Origin: Candidatus Micrarchaeia archaeon
Lineage (GTDB): Archaea; Micrarchaeota; Micrarchaeia; CABMEP01
Reading direction: 5' to 3'
Assembly (NCBI GenBank): GCA_038886535.1
Contig: JAVZXS010000012.1
Span: 1 to 14,386 of the forward strand
DNA: 14,386 nucleotides
This document shows, piece by piece, positions 1 through 9,627 of the stretch. The notes beneath the pieces are model-generated. The model did no database searches. It was not told the origin of the DNA and was given only the letters and a program-made list of their open reading frames with translations. The translations under genes were made by a program, and so were the position numbers. How positions within the stretch are numbered: position 1 is the first letter of the stretch; every line of letters begins with the position of its first letter.

Positions 1-150
1 TGTATATCCTTTATTAGAAGCCCAATGTAGTAGTGTCATACCATACTCATCTACTACATTTGGATCTGCCCCTAAATTTATTAGTTCTATTACTTTATCT
101 AAATCTCCATTTTTAACAACTTCTAAAAGTCTCTTATCAATATTTCTCAT
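1..150 (-). CDS. Ankyrin-repeat array gene 13, 5' part only (runs off left edge)
   Basis: Not in the ORF track. Manual translation from ATG at 150 gives MRNIDKRLLEVVKNGDLDKVIELINLGADPNVVDEYGMTLLHWASNKGYT, the same N-cap as the other genes. It follows the conserved junction with GGAGG; an in-frame ATG also lies at 162. Confidence 0.93.
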   Translation of the reverse strand, partial: MRNIDKRLLEVVKNGDLDKVIELINLGADPNVVDEYGMTLLHWASNKGYT

Positions 151-172
151 AAATCCCTCCATTATGTTTATA

Positions 173-1675
173 CTAAAATATATATTTTTCCTTTGATTGT
201 TTTTTATCTTTATATTTCTTGTATATCTCTAGATTTTCAGGGCTTAGCATTTTAGTTTCTAGTCTTATTGATATTGAGGTAAAAAAAGTTTGAATTGTTT
301 TTGGTTTATTATCAACTTTTGCTTCGTGTAGTGGCTTTTTCCCTCTATTATTTTTTACATTTATAATATCTGGTGCTACTGTAAGAAGCAAAGAGATTGT
401 TTTTGTGCGACTATTGAAAGAAGCTAGATGCAGTGGTGTTATACTCATAAAATCCTTTACTTTAGCAGTGTCAGGTGCTACTTTAAGAAGCAGTGAGACT
501 ACATTTATGTACCCATTCCAAGAAGCCCAATGTAATGGTATCTTATCACCTGCATCCTTTTCTTTAGCAGTATTAGGAGCTACTTTAAGAAGCAGTAAAA
601 CTGTTTTTGTATGTCCTTTTTCAGAAGCTAAGTGTAGTGGTGTTTTACCATGGTTATCCTTTTCTTCAATAGTGTCAGGGGCTACTTTAAGAAGATGAGA
701 AACGATCTTTGTATGTCCATTCCAAGAAGCCCAGTGTATTGGTATCCAACCATTATTATCCTTTACTTTAGCAGTTTCAGGAGCTACTTCAAGAAGCAGT
801 AAAACTATTTTTATATGCCTATTTTCAGAAGCTAAGTGTAGTGGTGTTTTACCATCGTTATCCTTTTCTTTGGCGGTGTCAGGGGCTACTTTGAGAAACT
901 GTGAAACTATCTCTGTATGTCCTTTTATAGAAGCCAAGTGTAATGGTGTCCAACCATATCTATCTTTTATTTTAGCAGTATCAGGAGCTACTTGAAGAAG
1001 CAGTGAAACTATCTCTGTATGCCCATTTTCAGAAGCCAAGTGTAGTGGTATCCGACCATAGTTAGCCTTTTCTTTAGCAGTGTCAGGAGCTACTTTAAGA
1101 AGCAGTGAAACTATCTCTGTATGTCCCCCCGAAGAAGCATAATGTAGTGGTGTCCAATCATTATTATCCTTTTCTTTAGCAGTGTTAGAAGCTACTTTGA
1201 GAAGCAGTGAGACTACCTCTGTATGTCCTTCCGAAGAAGCCCAGTGTAATGGTGTCCGACCATCTTTATCTTTTTCTTTAGCAGTGTCGGAAGCTACTTG
1301 AAGAAGCAATAATACTACCTCTGGATGTCCCCACGCAGAAGCCAAGTGTAGGGGTGTCCGACCATTATTATCCTTTTCTTTAGCAGTGTTAGAAGCTACT
1401 TTGAGAAGCAGTGAGACTACCTCTGGATGCCCGTTCCGAGAAGCATAGTGTAATGGGGTTTCACCATCGTTATCCTTTTTTTTAGCAGTATCAGGAGCTA
1501 CTCTAAGAAGTAGTGAAACTATTTCTGTATATCCCCCTCTAGAAGCCCAGTGTAGTGGGGTCATACCTTCCTTATCTATTACATTTGGGTCCGCCCCTAA
1601 ATTTATTAGTTCTATTACTTTATCTAAATCTCCATTCTTAACAACTTCTAAAAGTTTCTCATCAATATCTCTCAT
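173..1675 (-). CDS. Ankyrin-repeat array gene 12 (500 aa; 12 internal 34-aa repeats; long tail ending KYIF)
   Basis: ORF 173..1687; start moved to the SD-preceded ATG at 1675. TPLHxASxxGHxxIVSLLL repeats. Length adds up as 38+12x34+54=500. Confidence 0.95.
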   Translation of the reverse strand: MRDIDEKLLEVVKNGDLDKVIELINLGADPNVIDKEGMTPLHWASRGGYTEIVSLLLRVAPDTAKKKDNDGETPLHYASRNGHPEVVSLLLKVASNTAKEKDNNGRTPLHLASAWGHPEVVLLLLQVASDTAKEKDKDGRTPLHWASSEGHTEVVSLLLKVASNTAKEKDNNDWTPLHYASSGGHTEIVSLLLKVAPDTAKEKANYGRIPLHLASENGHTEIVSLLLQVAPDTAKIKDRYGWTPLHLASIKGHTEIVSQFLKVAPDTAKEKDNDGKTPLHLASENRHIKIVLLLLEVAPETAKVKDNNGWIPIHWASWNGHTKIVSHLLKVAPDTIEEKDNHGKTPLHLASEKGHTKTVLLLLKVAPNTAKEKDAGDKIPLHWASWNGYINVVSLLLKVAPDTAKVKDFMSITPLHLASFNSRTKTISLLLTVAPDIINVKNNRGKKPLHEAKVDNKPKTIQTFFTSISIRLETKMLSPENLEIYKKYKDKKQSKEKYIF

Positions 1676-1697
1676 AAATTTCTCCATTATGTTTATA

Positions 1698-2354
1698 TTA
1701 GAATAAATACTTTTTCTTTATGTATTTTTTGTTAATTTTAAACATTTCAGTTTCTAGTTTTATTGATATTGAGGTAAAAAGTGTCTGAATTCTTTTTTTC
1801 TTATTATCTTCTTTTACTTTATATAATGCTGTTTCTTTATTATCATTTTTTACATTTACTGTATCTGGTGCTACTATAAGAAAAAAAGGAATTGTTTTTG
1901 TGCTACCCCACGAACAAGCATAGTGCAGTGGCATCTCATCCGTATTGCTCTTTATTTGAGCAGTATCAGGAGCTACTTTAAGAAGCAGTGAAATTACCTT
2001 TGTATGTCTATTCCAAGCAGCTTCGTGTAGTGGTGTCCAATTATATTCATTCTTTTCTTTAGCAATGTTAGGGGCCATTTTAAGAAGCAGTAAAACTACC
2101 TTCGTATGCCCCTTCCGAGAAGCATAATGTAGTGGTGTCATACCATCGTCATCCTTTTTTTTAACTGTGTTAGGGGCTACTTTAAGAAGATAAGAAACTA
2201 TCTCTGTATACCCCTTTTTGGAAGCCCAGTGTAGTGGAGTCATACCATAGTCATCTACTACATTTGGATTTGCTCCTAAATTTATTAGTTCTATTACTTC
2301 ATCTAAATCACCATTCTTAGTAACTTTTAAAAGTCTCTTATCAATTCTTTTCAT
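1698..2354 (-). CDS. Ankyrin-repeat array gene 11 (218 aa; 4 internal repeats; ends KYLF)
   Basis: ORF track; 38+4x34+44=218. Confidence 0.95.
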   Translation of the reverse strand: MKRIDKRLLKVTKNGDLDEVIELINLGANPNVVDDYGMTPLHWASKKGYTEIVSYLLKVAPNTVKKKDDDGMTPLHYASRKGHTKVVLLLLKMAPNIAKEKNEYNWTPLHEAAWNRHTKVISLLLKVAPDTAQIKSNTDEMPLHYACSWGSTKTIPFFLIVAPDTVNVKNDNKETALYKVKEDNKKKRIQTLFTSISIKLETEMFKINKKYIKKKYLF

Positions 2355-2376
2355 AAATTACTCCATTATGTTTATA

Positions 2377-2931
2377 TTAGAATATATATTTTTTCTCAAT
2401 GTATTTTTCTCTAATTTTTAGTTTTTTAGTTTTTAATTTTATTGATATTGAGGCAAAAAATGTTTGAATTGTTTTTGATTTATTATCTTCTGCTGCTTTG
2501 TGTAGTGGTGTTTTTTTGTCGTTGTTTTTTACATTTACAATATCTGGTGCTACTGTAAGAAGCAAGAAAACTATTTTTGTACGCCCAAAATATGAAACTG
2601 CATGTAGTGGCACCCAACCATATTTATCTTTTTCTTTGACAGTTTCAGTAGCTACTTTAAGTAGTAAAGAAACTATCTCTTTGCGATTATGTAAAGAAGC
2701 CAAGTATAGTGGTGTCCAACCATATTTGTCCTTTACTTTAATAGTTTCAGGAACTACTTTGAGAAGGTAAGAAACTACTTTTATATGCCCATATTCAGAA
2801 GCTAAGTGTAATGGAGTTCTGCCCTCCTTATCTACTACATTCCCATTGGCTCCTAAATTTATTAGTTCTATCACTTTATCTAAATTTCCTTCTTTAGCTA
2901 CTTGTAAAAGTTCGTGATCAATATTTTTCAT
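2377..2931 (-). CDS. Ankyrin-repeat array gene 10 (184 aa; 3 internal repeats; ends KYIF)
   Basis: ORF track; 38+3x34+44=184; SD AGAGG upstream. Confidence 0.95.
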   Translation of the reverse strand: MKNIDHELLQVAKEGNLDKVIELINLGANGNVVDKEGRTPLHLASEYGHIKVVSYLLKVVPETIKVKDKYGWTPLYLASLHNRKEIVSLLLKVATETVKEKDKYGWVPLHAVSYFGRTKIVFLLLTVAPDIVNVKNNDKKTPLHKAAEDNKSKTIQTFFASISIKLKTKKLKIREKYIEKKYIF

Positions 2932-2952
2932 AAATCCTCTGTTATGTTTATA

Positions 2953-3726
2953 TTAGAATATATATTTTTTCCTTATGTATTTTTTGTTAATTTCCTGCAT
3001 TTCAGTTTCTAGTTTTATTGATACTGAGCTAAAAAGAGTTTGAATTCTTTTTTGCAATTTCCAATCTTTTTCTGTTGCATTGTATAATGGTGTTTCTTTA
3101 TACTTATTTTTTGCATTTACTGTGTCTGGTGCTACTGTAAGAAAAAAAGGAATTGTTTCTGCATATCCCAGTCCAGAAGCAAGATGTAGTGGTGTATTAT
3201 TAGAACTATTTTCTTTTTTAGCAGTTTCAGGTGTTATTTTAAGTAATAAGGAAACTATCGCTATAGTACCATATTTAGAAGCATAGTGTATTGCTGTCCA
3301 ACCAGTATAATCTTTTATTTTAACAGTTTCAGGAACTGCTTTGATGAGTAGAAAAACTATTTTTTCATACCTACTCATAAAAGGATTAAAAGCATAATGT
3401 AGTGGTATCATGCCATAAACATCTTTTTTTTTGGCAGTTTCGGGGGCTATTTCAAGAAGCAGTGAAACTATTTTTGTATGCCCATTTTCAGAAGCTAAGT
3501 GTAGCGGTGTCTGACCCTCGTCATCCTCTACTTTAGCAGTATTAGGAACTACTTTAAGAAGCCGTGAAACTATTTTTGTATACCCATTTTCAGAAGCATA
3601 ATGTAGCGGTGTTCTACCCTTCTCATCTACTACATTCGCATTTGCCCCTAAATCTATTAGTTCTATTACTTTATCTAAATCCCCCTCCTCAGCAGCTCGT
3701 AAAAGTTCCTTATCAATATCTCTCAT
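2953..3726 (-). CDS. Ankyrin-repeat array gene 9 (257 aa; 5 internal repeats, one with a 3-aa insertion; ends KYIF)
   Basis: ORF track; ankyrin consensus; insertion in AFNPFMSRY. Confidence 0.95.
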   Translation of the reverse strand: MRDIDKELLRAAEEGDLDKVIELIDLGANANVVDEKGRTPLHYASENGYTKIVSRLLKVVPNTAKVEDDEGQTPLHLASENGHTKIVSLLLEIAPETAKKKDVYGMIPLHYAFNPFMSRYEKIVFLLIKAVPETVKIKDYTGWTAIHYASKYGTIAIVSLLLKITPETAKKENSSNNTPLHLASGLGYAETIPFFLTVAPDTVNAKNKYKETPLYNATEKDWKLQKRIQTLFSSVSIKLETEMQEINKKYIRKKYIF

Positions 3727-3747
3727 AATCCCTCCATTACGTTTATA

Positions 3748-4518
3748 TTAAAATATATATTTTTTTATAATGCGTTTTTCCTTAATTTTTGTTTTTTTGG
3801 TTGCTAATTTTATGGATATTGAGGTAAAAAGTGTTTGAATTTTTTTTATATTTTTAAAATCTGTTACTATGTATAGTGGTGTTTCTTTATAATTATTTTT
3901 TATATTTACTGTGTCTGGTGCTATCGTAAGAAAAAAAGGAATTATATTTATGCCACCACGCCAAGAAGCCCAGTGTAGTGGCACCCAACCATTTTTATCT
4001 TTTCCTTTAACAATTTCAGGAGCTACTTTAAGAAGTAAAGAAATTATTTTTGTATGACCATTTGCAGTAGCACAATGCAACGGCCTCAAACCATCTTTAT
4101 CTTTTTCTTTAGCGGTCTCAGGTGCTACTTTAAGAAATAAAAAAACTATTGCTATATGACCATTCCAAGAAGCCAAGTTTAATGGCGTTTTACCATATTT
4201 ATCCTTTTCTTTAGCAGTTTCAGGTGCTATTTCAAGAAGTAAGGAAACTATCTCAGTATGACCATGTATAGAAGCCCAGTGTAGTGGTGTTCTATCATCT
4301 ACATCCTTTTTTTTAGCCATTTTTTTTACTGTTTCAGGAAGTAATTCCAAAAGATAAGAAACTATTTTTGTATAACCATTTTTAGAAACTAAATGTAATA
4401 GTGTTAATCCCTTATTATCTACTACATTTACATCTGCACCTAAATTTATTAGTTCTATTACTTTATCTAAATCCCCGTTTTCAGTAGCCTTTAAAAGTTC
4501 TTCATCAATATCTCTCAT
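3748..4518 (-). CDS. Ankyrin-repeat array gene 8 (256 aa; 5 internal repeats, one with a 4-aa insertion; ends KYIF)
   Basis: ORF 3748..4530; start moved to ATG 4518 after GGAGG; 38+5x34+4+44=256. Confidence 0.95.
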   Translation of the reverse strand: MRDIDEELLKATENGDLDKVIELINLGADVNVVDNKGLTLLHLVSKNGYTKIVSYLLELLPETVKKMAKKKDVDDRTPLHWASIHGHTEIVSLLLEIAPETAKEKDKYGKTPLNLASWNGHIAIVFLFLKVAPETAKEKDKDGLRPLHCATANGHTKIISLLLKVAPEIVKGKDKNGWVPLHWASWRGGINIIPFFLTIAPDTVNIKNNYKETPLYIVTDFKNIKKIQTLFTSISIKLATKKTKIKEKRIIKKYIF

Positions 4519-4540
4519 AAATTCCTCCATTATGTTTATA

Positions 4541-5401
4541 TTAGAATAAATGCTTTTTCTTTATGTATTTTTTGCTAATTTCCTGTATTTTAGTATTTAG
4601 TTTTATTGATATTGAGGTAAAAAGCATTTGATTTTTTTCTTTTCTATTATTTTTTCTTACTTTATATAATGCTGTTTTTTTATTTTTGTTTTTTACATTT
4701 ACTGTATCTGGTGCTACTGTAAGAAGCATAAGAACCATTTCTGTATGTCCCCCTATAGAAGCCCAGTGTAGTGGTGTCATACCATAGTAAGTCTTTACTT
4801 TAGCAGTGTCAGGAGCTACTTTAAGGAGCAGTGAAACTATCTTTGCATGCCCCCTCCAAGAAGCTTCGTGCAGTGCTGTCCAACCATCGTTATTCTTTTC
4901 TTTAGCAGTTTCAGGGGCTACTTTAAGAAGTTGTGAAACTACCTTTGTATGTCCATCCCAAGAAGCCCAGTGTAGTGGTGTCATACCATCGTTATTCTTT
5001 TCTTTAGCAGTTTCTGGTGCTACTTCAAGAAGCAGTGAAACTATTTCTGTATGCCCTTCGGAAGAAGCATAGTGTAGTGATGTTGAACCAGATTTGCTCT
5101 TTTCTTTAGCAGTTTCAGGAGCTACTTCAAGAAGCAGTGAAACTATCTCTGTATATCCTTCCCAAGAAGCATGATGTAGTAGTGTCCAACCATCATTATC
5201 CTTTACTTTAGCAGTATTAGGTTCTACTTCAAGAAGATAAGAAACTATTCTTGTATGTCCCTTTTTAGAAGCCCAATGTAGTGGTGTTCTACCAAACTCA
5301 TCTATTACATTTGGGTCTGCCCCTAAATTTATTAGTTCTATTACTTTATTTAAATGCCCCTTTTTAGAAGCTTCAAAAAGTTTCTTATCAATGTTTCTCA
5401 T
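4541..5401 (-). CDS. Ankyrin-repeat array gene 7 (286 aa; 6 internal repeats; ends KHLF)
   Basis: ORF track; 38+6x34+44=286. Confidence 0.95.
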   Translation of the reverse strand: MRNIDKKLFEASKKGHLNKVIELINLGADPNVIDEFGRTPLHWASKKGHTRIVSYLLEVEPNTAKVKDNDGWTLLHHASWEGYTEIVSLLLEVAPETAKEKSKSGSTSLHYASSEGHTEIVSLLLEVAPETAKEKNNDGMTPLHWASWDGHTKVVSQLLKVAPETAKEKNNDGWTALHEASWRGHAKIVSLLLKVAPDTAKVKTYYGMTPLHWASIGGHTEMVLMLLTVAPDTVNVKNKNKKTALYKVRKNNRKEKNQMLFTSISIKLNTKIQEISKKYIKKKHLF

Positions 5402-5423
5402 AAATTCCTCTATTATGTTTATA

Positions 5424-6590
5424 TTAGAATATATACTTTTTTACAATGCGTTTTTCCTTAGTTTTTGTTTTTGGAGCTTCTAGTTTTATTGATATTGAGG
5501 TAAAAAGAGTTTGTATTGTTTTTGGTTCTTTATTAACTATTGCTTTGTGTAGTGGCTTTTCTCCTCTATTATTTTTTACATTTACAATATCTGGTGCTAC
5601 TGTAAGAAACAAAGAGATTGTTTTTGTATGATTACTGTAAGAAGCCCAGTATAGTGATGTCTTACCATTTTTATTCTTTACTTTAGCAGTGTCAGATGCT
5701 ACTTTGAGAAGCAGTGAAACTATATCAGTGTGTCCCTTCCAAGAAGCCAAGTGTAATGGGGTATTACCATCTTTATCTTTTTCTTTAGCAGTTTCAGGGA
5801 CTACTTTAAGAAGCAATGAAACTATCTCTATTTTTCCATCCGAAGAAGCCCAGTGTAATGGGGTATAACCATCATTATCCTTTTCTTTAGCAGTTTCAGG
5901 GGCTACTTTGAGAAGCAGTAAGACTATCTCTGTATGTCCCCTCCCAGAAGCCAAGTGTAGTGGCGTTAGACCATAGTAAGACTTTACTTTAGCAGTGTCA
6001 GAGGCTACTTTAAGAAGCAGTGAAACTATATCTGTATACCCCCCCGAAGAAGCATAGTGTAGTGGTGTCCAACCCCTATTATCCTTTTCTTTAGCAGTTT
6101 CAGGGGCTACTTTAAGAAGCAATGAAACTATCTCTATTTTTCCAGCCGAAGAAGCCCAGTGTAATGGGGTATGACCATCTCTATCCTTTTCTTTAGCAGT
6201 TTCAGGGGCTACTTTAATAAGCAGCGAGACTATCTCTGTATATCCCCCCCAAGAAGCCAAGTGTAGTGGTATCCAACCCTCATTATCCTTTTCTTTAGAA
6301 GTTTCAGGGGCTACTTCAAGAAGCAGTGAGACTACCTCAGTATGTCCCCTCCAAGAAGCCAAGTGTAGTGGTGTCCGACCATTCTTATCCTTTCTTTTAG
6401 CAGTGTCAGATGCTACTTTAAGAAGATAAGAAACTATTTTTGTATAGCCATAAACAGTAGCCAAATGTAGTGGGGTCATACCATCTTCATCTACTACATT
6501 CGCATCTGCCCCCAAATTTATTAGTTTTATTACTTTATCTAAATTACCGTTCTCTGCAGCTTTTAAAAGTTCCTCATCAATATCTCTCAT
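5424..6590 (-). CDS. Ankyrin-repeat array gene 6 (388 aa; 9 internal repeats; ends KYIF)
   Basis: ORF 5424..6602; start moved to ATG 6590; 38+9x34+44=388. Confidence 0.95.
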   Translation of the reverse strand: MRDIDEELLKAAENGNLDKVIKLINLGADANVVDEDGMTPLHLATVYGYTKIVSYLLKVASDTAKRKDKNGRTPLHLASWRGHTEVVSLLLEVAPETSKEKDNEGWIPLHLASWGGYTEIVSLLIKVAPETAKEKDRDGHTPLHWASSAGKIEIVSLLLKVAPETAKEKDNRGWTPLHYASSGGYTDIVSLLLKVASDTAKVKSYYGLTPLHLASGRGHTEIVLLLLKVAPETAKEKDNDGYTPLHWASSDGKIEIVSLLLKVVPETAKEKDKDGNTPLHLASWKGHTDIVSLLLKVASDTAKVKNKNGKTSLYWASYSNHTKTISLFLTVAPDIVNVKNNRGEKPLHKAIVNKEPKTIQTLFTSISIKLEAPKTKTKEKRIVKKYIF

Positions 6591-6612
6591 AAATCCCTCC
6601 ATTATGTTTATG

Positions 6613-7794
6613 TTAGAATATATATTTTTTCTCTGGTTGTTTTTTGTTAATTTTCCGCATTTCAGTTTCTAGTTTTATGGATATTGAGGTAAAAAGTGTT
6701 TGAATTCTTTTTTTTCTATTTCTTTCTGTTGCATCACTTTCTATTGCTTTGTATAGTGGTGTTTTATTATAATTATCTTTTACATTTACTGTATCTGGTG
6801 CTACTGTAAGAAGTAAAGAAATTACCTTTGTATTTCCCCCCCAAGAAGCCAAGTGTAGTGGTATCATACCATCGTTATCTTTTATTTGAGCAGTTTTAGG
6901 GGCTACTTTAAGAAGCAGTAAAACTATATTTATGTGTTCTCCCGAAGAAGCATAATGTAGTGGTGTCATACCATAGTTATCTTTTATTTGAGTAATTTCA
7001 GGGGTTATTTTGAGAAGCAGTGAAACTATCTCAGTGTACCCCCCCCAAGAAGCCCAGTGTAGTGGTGTCATACCTTTGTTATCTTTTTCTTTAGCAATGT
7101 CAGGGGCTACTTCAAGAAGTAGTGAAACTACTTTTCTACGTCCATTCCAAGAAGCCAAGTGTAGTGGTGTCCAACCCCTATTATCCTTTTCTTTAGCAGT
7201 TTCAGGGGCTACTTTAAGAAGCATGAAAACTATTTTTGTATATCCTTCTCTAGAAGCAATGTGTAGTGGTGTATGACCATCGTTATCCTTTTCTTTAGCA
7301 GTGTTAGAAGCTACTTTAAGAAGTTGTGAGACTATTTCTGTATGTCCCATCAAAGAAGCCCAGTGCAATGGTGTCATACCTTTGTCATCCTTTTCTTTAG
7401 CAGTTTCAGGGGCTACTTCAAGAAGTTGTAAAACTATTTTTGTATGACCTTCTGCAGAAGCCCAGTGTAGTGGTGTCTTACCCTCGTTATCCTTTTCTTT
7501 AACTGTTTCAGGGGCTACTTCAAGAAGCATGGAAACTATCTCTGTATGTCCCTTCCAAGAAGCAAAATGTAGTGGTGTCATACCATCGTTATCCTTTACT
7601 TTAGCAGTATTAGGGTTTACTTTAAGAAAATAAGAAACTATTTTTGTATGCCCATTTTTAGAAGCCCAGTGTAGTGGAATTCTACCATACTCATCTACTA
7701 CATTTGGATCAGCCCCTAAATTTATTAGTTCTATTACTTTATCTAAATCACCATATACAGCAGCTTCTAAAAGTTTCGCATCAATATCTCTCAT
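6613..7794 (-). CDS. Ankyrin-repeat array gene 5 (393 aa; 9 internal repeats; ends KYIF)
   Basis: ORF track; 38+9x34+49=393. Confidence 0.95.
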   Translation of the reverse strand: MRDIDAKLLEAAVYGDLDKVIELINLGADPNVVDEYGRIPLHWASKNGHTKIVSYFLKVNPNTAKVKDNDGMTPLHFASWKGHTEIVSMLLEVAPETVKEKDNEGKTPLHWASAEGHTKIVLQLLEVAPETAKEKDDKGMTPLHWASLMGHTEIVSQLLKVASNTAKEKDNDGHTPLHIASREGYTKIVFMLLKVAPETAKEKDNRGWTPLHLASWNGRRKVVSLLLEVAPDIAKEKDNKGMTPLHWASWGGYTEIVSLLLKITPEITQIKDNYGMTPLHYASSGEHINIVLLLLKVAPKTAQIKDNDGMIPLHLASWGGNTKVISLLLTVAPDTVNVKDNYNKTPLYKAIESDATERNRKKRIQTLFTSISIKLETEMRKINKKQPEKKYIF

Positions 7795-7816
7795 AAATTA
7801 CTCCATTATATTTATG

Positions 7817-8677
7817 TTAGAATAAATACTTTTTCTTTATGTATTTTTTGCTAATTTCCTTCATTTTAGTTTCTAGTTTTATTGATATTGAGGTAAAAAG
7901 TGTTTGAATTGTTTCTGGGTTATTATAAAATGTTGCTTCACGTAGTGGCTTTTCTCCTCTATTATTTTTTACATTTACAATATCTGGTGTTACTGTAAGA
8001 AACAAAGAGATTGTTTTTGTATGATTACTGTAAGAAGCCCAGTGTAATGGGGTCTCACCATTATTATTTTTTTCTTTAGCAGTATTAGTGGCTACTTTAA
8101 GAAGCTGTAAGACTATTTTTGTATGTTCCCGCAAAGAAGCCAAGTATAGTGGTGTCCTACCCTTGTTATCCTTTACTTTAGCAGTGTCAGGAGCTACTCT
8201 AAGAAGATTGGAGACAATTTCTGTATATCCGTTCAAAGAAGCACGATGCAGTGGTGTCATACCCTCATTATCCTTTTCTTTAGCAGTTTCAGGAGCTACT
8301 TTAAGAAGTTGTGAGACTATCTCTGTATGTCCCTCCCAAGAAGCATGATGTAGTGGTGTCCAACCCCTGTTATTCTTTTCTTTAACAGTTTCAGGAGCTA
8401 CTTTAAGAAGCATGGAAACTATTTCTGTATGTCCTTTTTCAGAAGCTTCGTGTAGCGGTGTCCAACCATAGTTATCCTTTACTTTAGCAGTGTCAGGGGC
8501 TACTCTAAGAAGATAAGAAACTATTTCTGTATATCCCAACCTAGAAGCCCAGTGTAACGGTGTTTTACCCTCCTTATCTACTACATTCGCATCCGCTCCT
8601 GAATTTATTAGTTCTATTACTTTATCTAAATCACCGTATATAGTAGCTTCTAAAAGTTCCTCATCAATATATCTCAT
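7817..8677 (-). CDS. Ankyrin-repeat array gene 4 (286 aa; 6 internal repeats; ends KYLF)
   Basis: ORF 7817..8689; start moved to ATG 8677. Confidence 0.95.
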   Translation of the reverse strand: MRYIDEELLEATIYGDLDKVIELINSGADANVVDKEGKTPLHWASRLGYTEIVSYLLRVAPDTAKVKDNYGWTPLHEASEKGHTEIVSMLLKVAPETVKEKNNRGWTPLHHASWEGHTEIVSQLLKVAPETAKEKDNEGMTPLHRASLNGYTEIVSNLLRVAPDTAKVKDNKGRTPLYLASLREHTKIVLQLLKVATNTAKEKNNNGETPLHWASYSNHTKTISLFLTVTPDIVNVKNNRGEKPLREATFYNNPETIQTLFTSISIKLETKMKEISKKYIKKKYLF

Positions 8678-8699
8678 AAATTCCTCCATTATGTTTATA

Positions 8700-9605
8700 C
8701 TAAAATATATATTTTTCCTTTGATTGTTTTTTATCTTTATATTTCTTGTGTATCTCTAGATTTTCAGTGCTTAGTATTTCAGTTTCTAGTTTTATGGATA
8801 TTGAGGTAAAAAGAGTTTGAATTGTTTCTTTTTTATTACTTTCTCTTGCCTCACTTTCTATTGCTTTGTATAGTGGTGTTTTTTTATACTTACTTTTTAC
8901 ATTTACTGTATCTGGTGCTACTGTAAGAAGGAAAGAGATTGTTTTTGCATGACTATTATAAGAAGCCAAGTATAGTGATGTTATACCCTCGTTATCTTTT
9001 ACTTTAGCGGTTTCGGGGGCTACTTTGAAAAGCAGTAAAATTACCTCTGTATGCCCTGCAAAAGAAACCCAGTGTAGTGGTGCCCGACCACCTCTATCCT
9101 TTTCTTTAGCAGTATCAGATGCTACTTTAAGAAGCATGGAAACTATCTCTATGTGTCCTTCCGAAGAAGCCCAGTGTAGTGGTATCCAACCACTATAATC
9201 CTTTACTTTAGCAGTGTCAGGAACTACTTCAAGAAGTAGTGAGACTATTTCTGTATATCCCAACCGAGAAGCCCAGTGTAGTGGTGTCCAACCATGGATA
9301 TCCTTTTCTCTAGCAGTTTCAGGGGCTACTTCAAGAAGATAAGAAACTACTTTTGTATGTCCCTCTCTAGAAGCATAATGTAGTGGCGTCATACCATCTT
9401 TATCCTTTACTTTAGCAGTGTTAGGGGCTATCTTAAAAAGATAAGAAACTATCTCTGTATGACCTTTTTCAGAAGCTAAGTGTAGTGGTGTCATACCTTT
9501 ATAATTTACTACATTCACATCTGCCCCCAAATTTATTAGTTCTATTACTTCATCTAAATTCCCATCTTCAACAGCCATTAAAAGTTTCCAATCAATATCT
9601 CTCAT
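8700..9605 (-). CDS. Ankyrin-repeat array gene 3 (301 aa; 6 internal repeats; long tail ending KYIF)
   Basis: ORF 8700..9617; start moved to ATG 9605; 38+6x34+59=301. Confidence 0.95.
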   Translation of the reverse strand: MRDIDWKLLMAVEDGNLDEVIELINLGADVNVVNYKGMTPLHLASEKGHTEIVSYLFKIAPNTAKVKDKDGMTPLHYASREGHTKVVSYLLEVAPETAREKDIHGWTPLHWASRLGYTEIVSLLLEVVPDTAKVKDYSGWIPLHWASSEGHIEIVSMLLKVASDTAKEKDRGGRAPLHWVSFAGHTEVILLLFKVAPETAKVKDNEGITSLYLASYNSHAKTISFLLTVAPDTVNVKSKYKKTPLYKAIESEARESNKKETIQTLFTSISIKLETEILSTENLEIHKKYKDKKQSKEKYIF

Positions 9606-9627
9606 AAATCCCACCATTATGTTTATG

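Noticed and set aside
173..187. Terminal Y-x-F as a BamA beta-signal or proteasome HbYX motif
   Set aside because: The proteins are helical with no signal peptide or beta-barrel, and Tyr is third from last rather than penultimate as HbYX requires.
280..305. PIP-box or beta-clamp motif in KTIQT[LF]F
   Set aside because: It aligns with the IVSLLL helix-2 position of the C-cap repeat, so it is explained structurally. The canonical Gln spacing is absent in most copies.
2378..2390. TAGAATATATATT resembling the centre of a Firmicutes dif site
   Set aside because: It is the reverse complement of the KYIF-stop codons, and the XerD arm does not follow.
405..8348. Plus-strand ORFs 405..698, 2498..2770, 3080..3286, 4806..5072, 5446..5631, 7010..7276 and 8088..8348
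   Set aside because: Antisense shadows of the ankyrin repeats. They recur only because the sense modules recur, and have inconsistent starts and ends.
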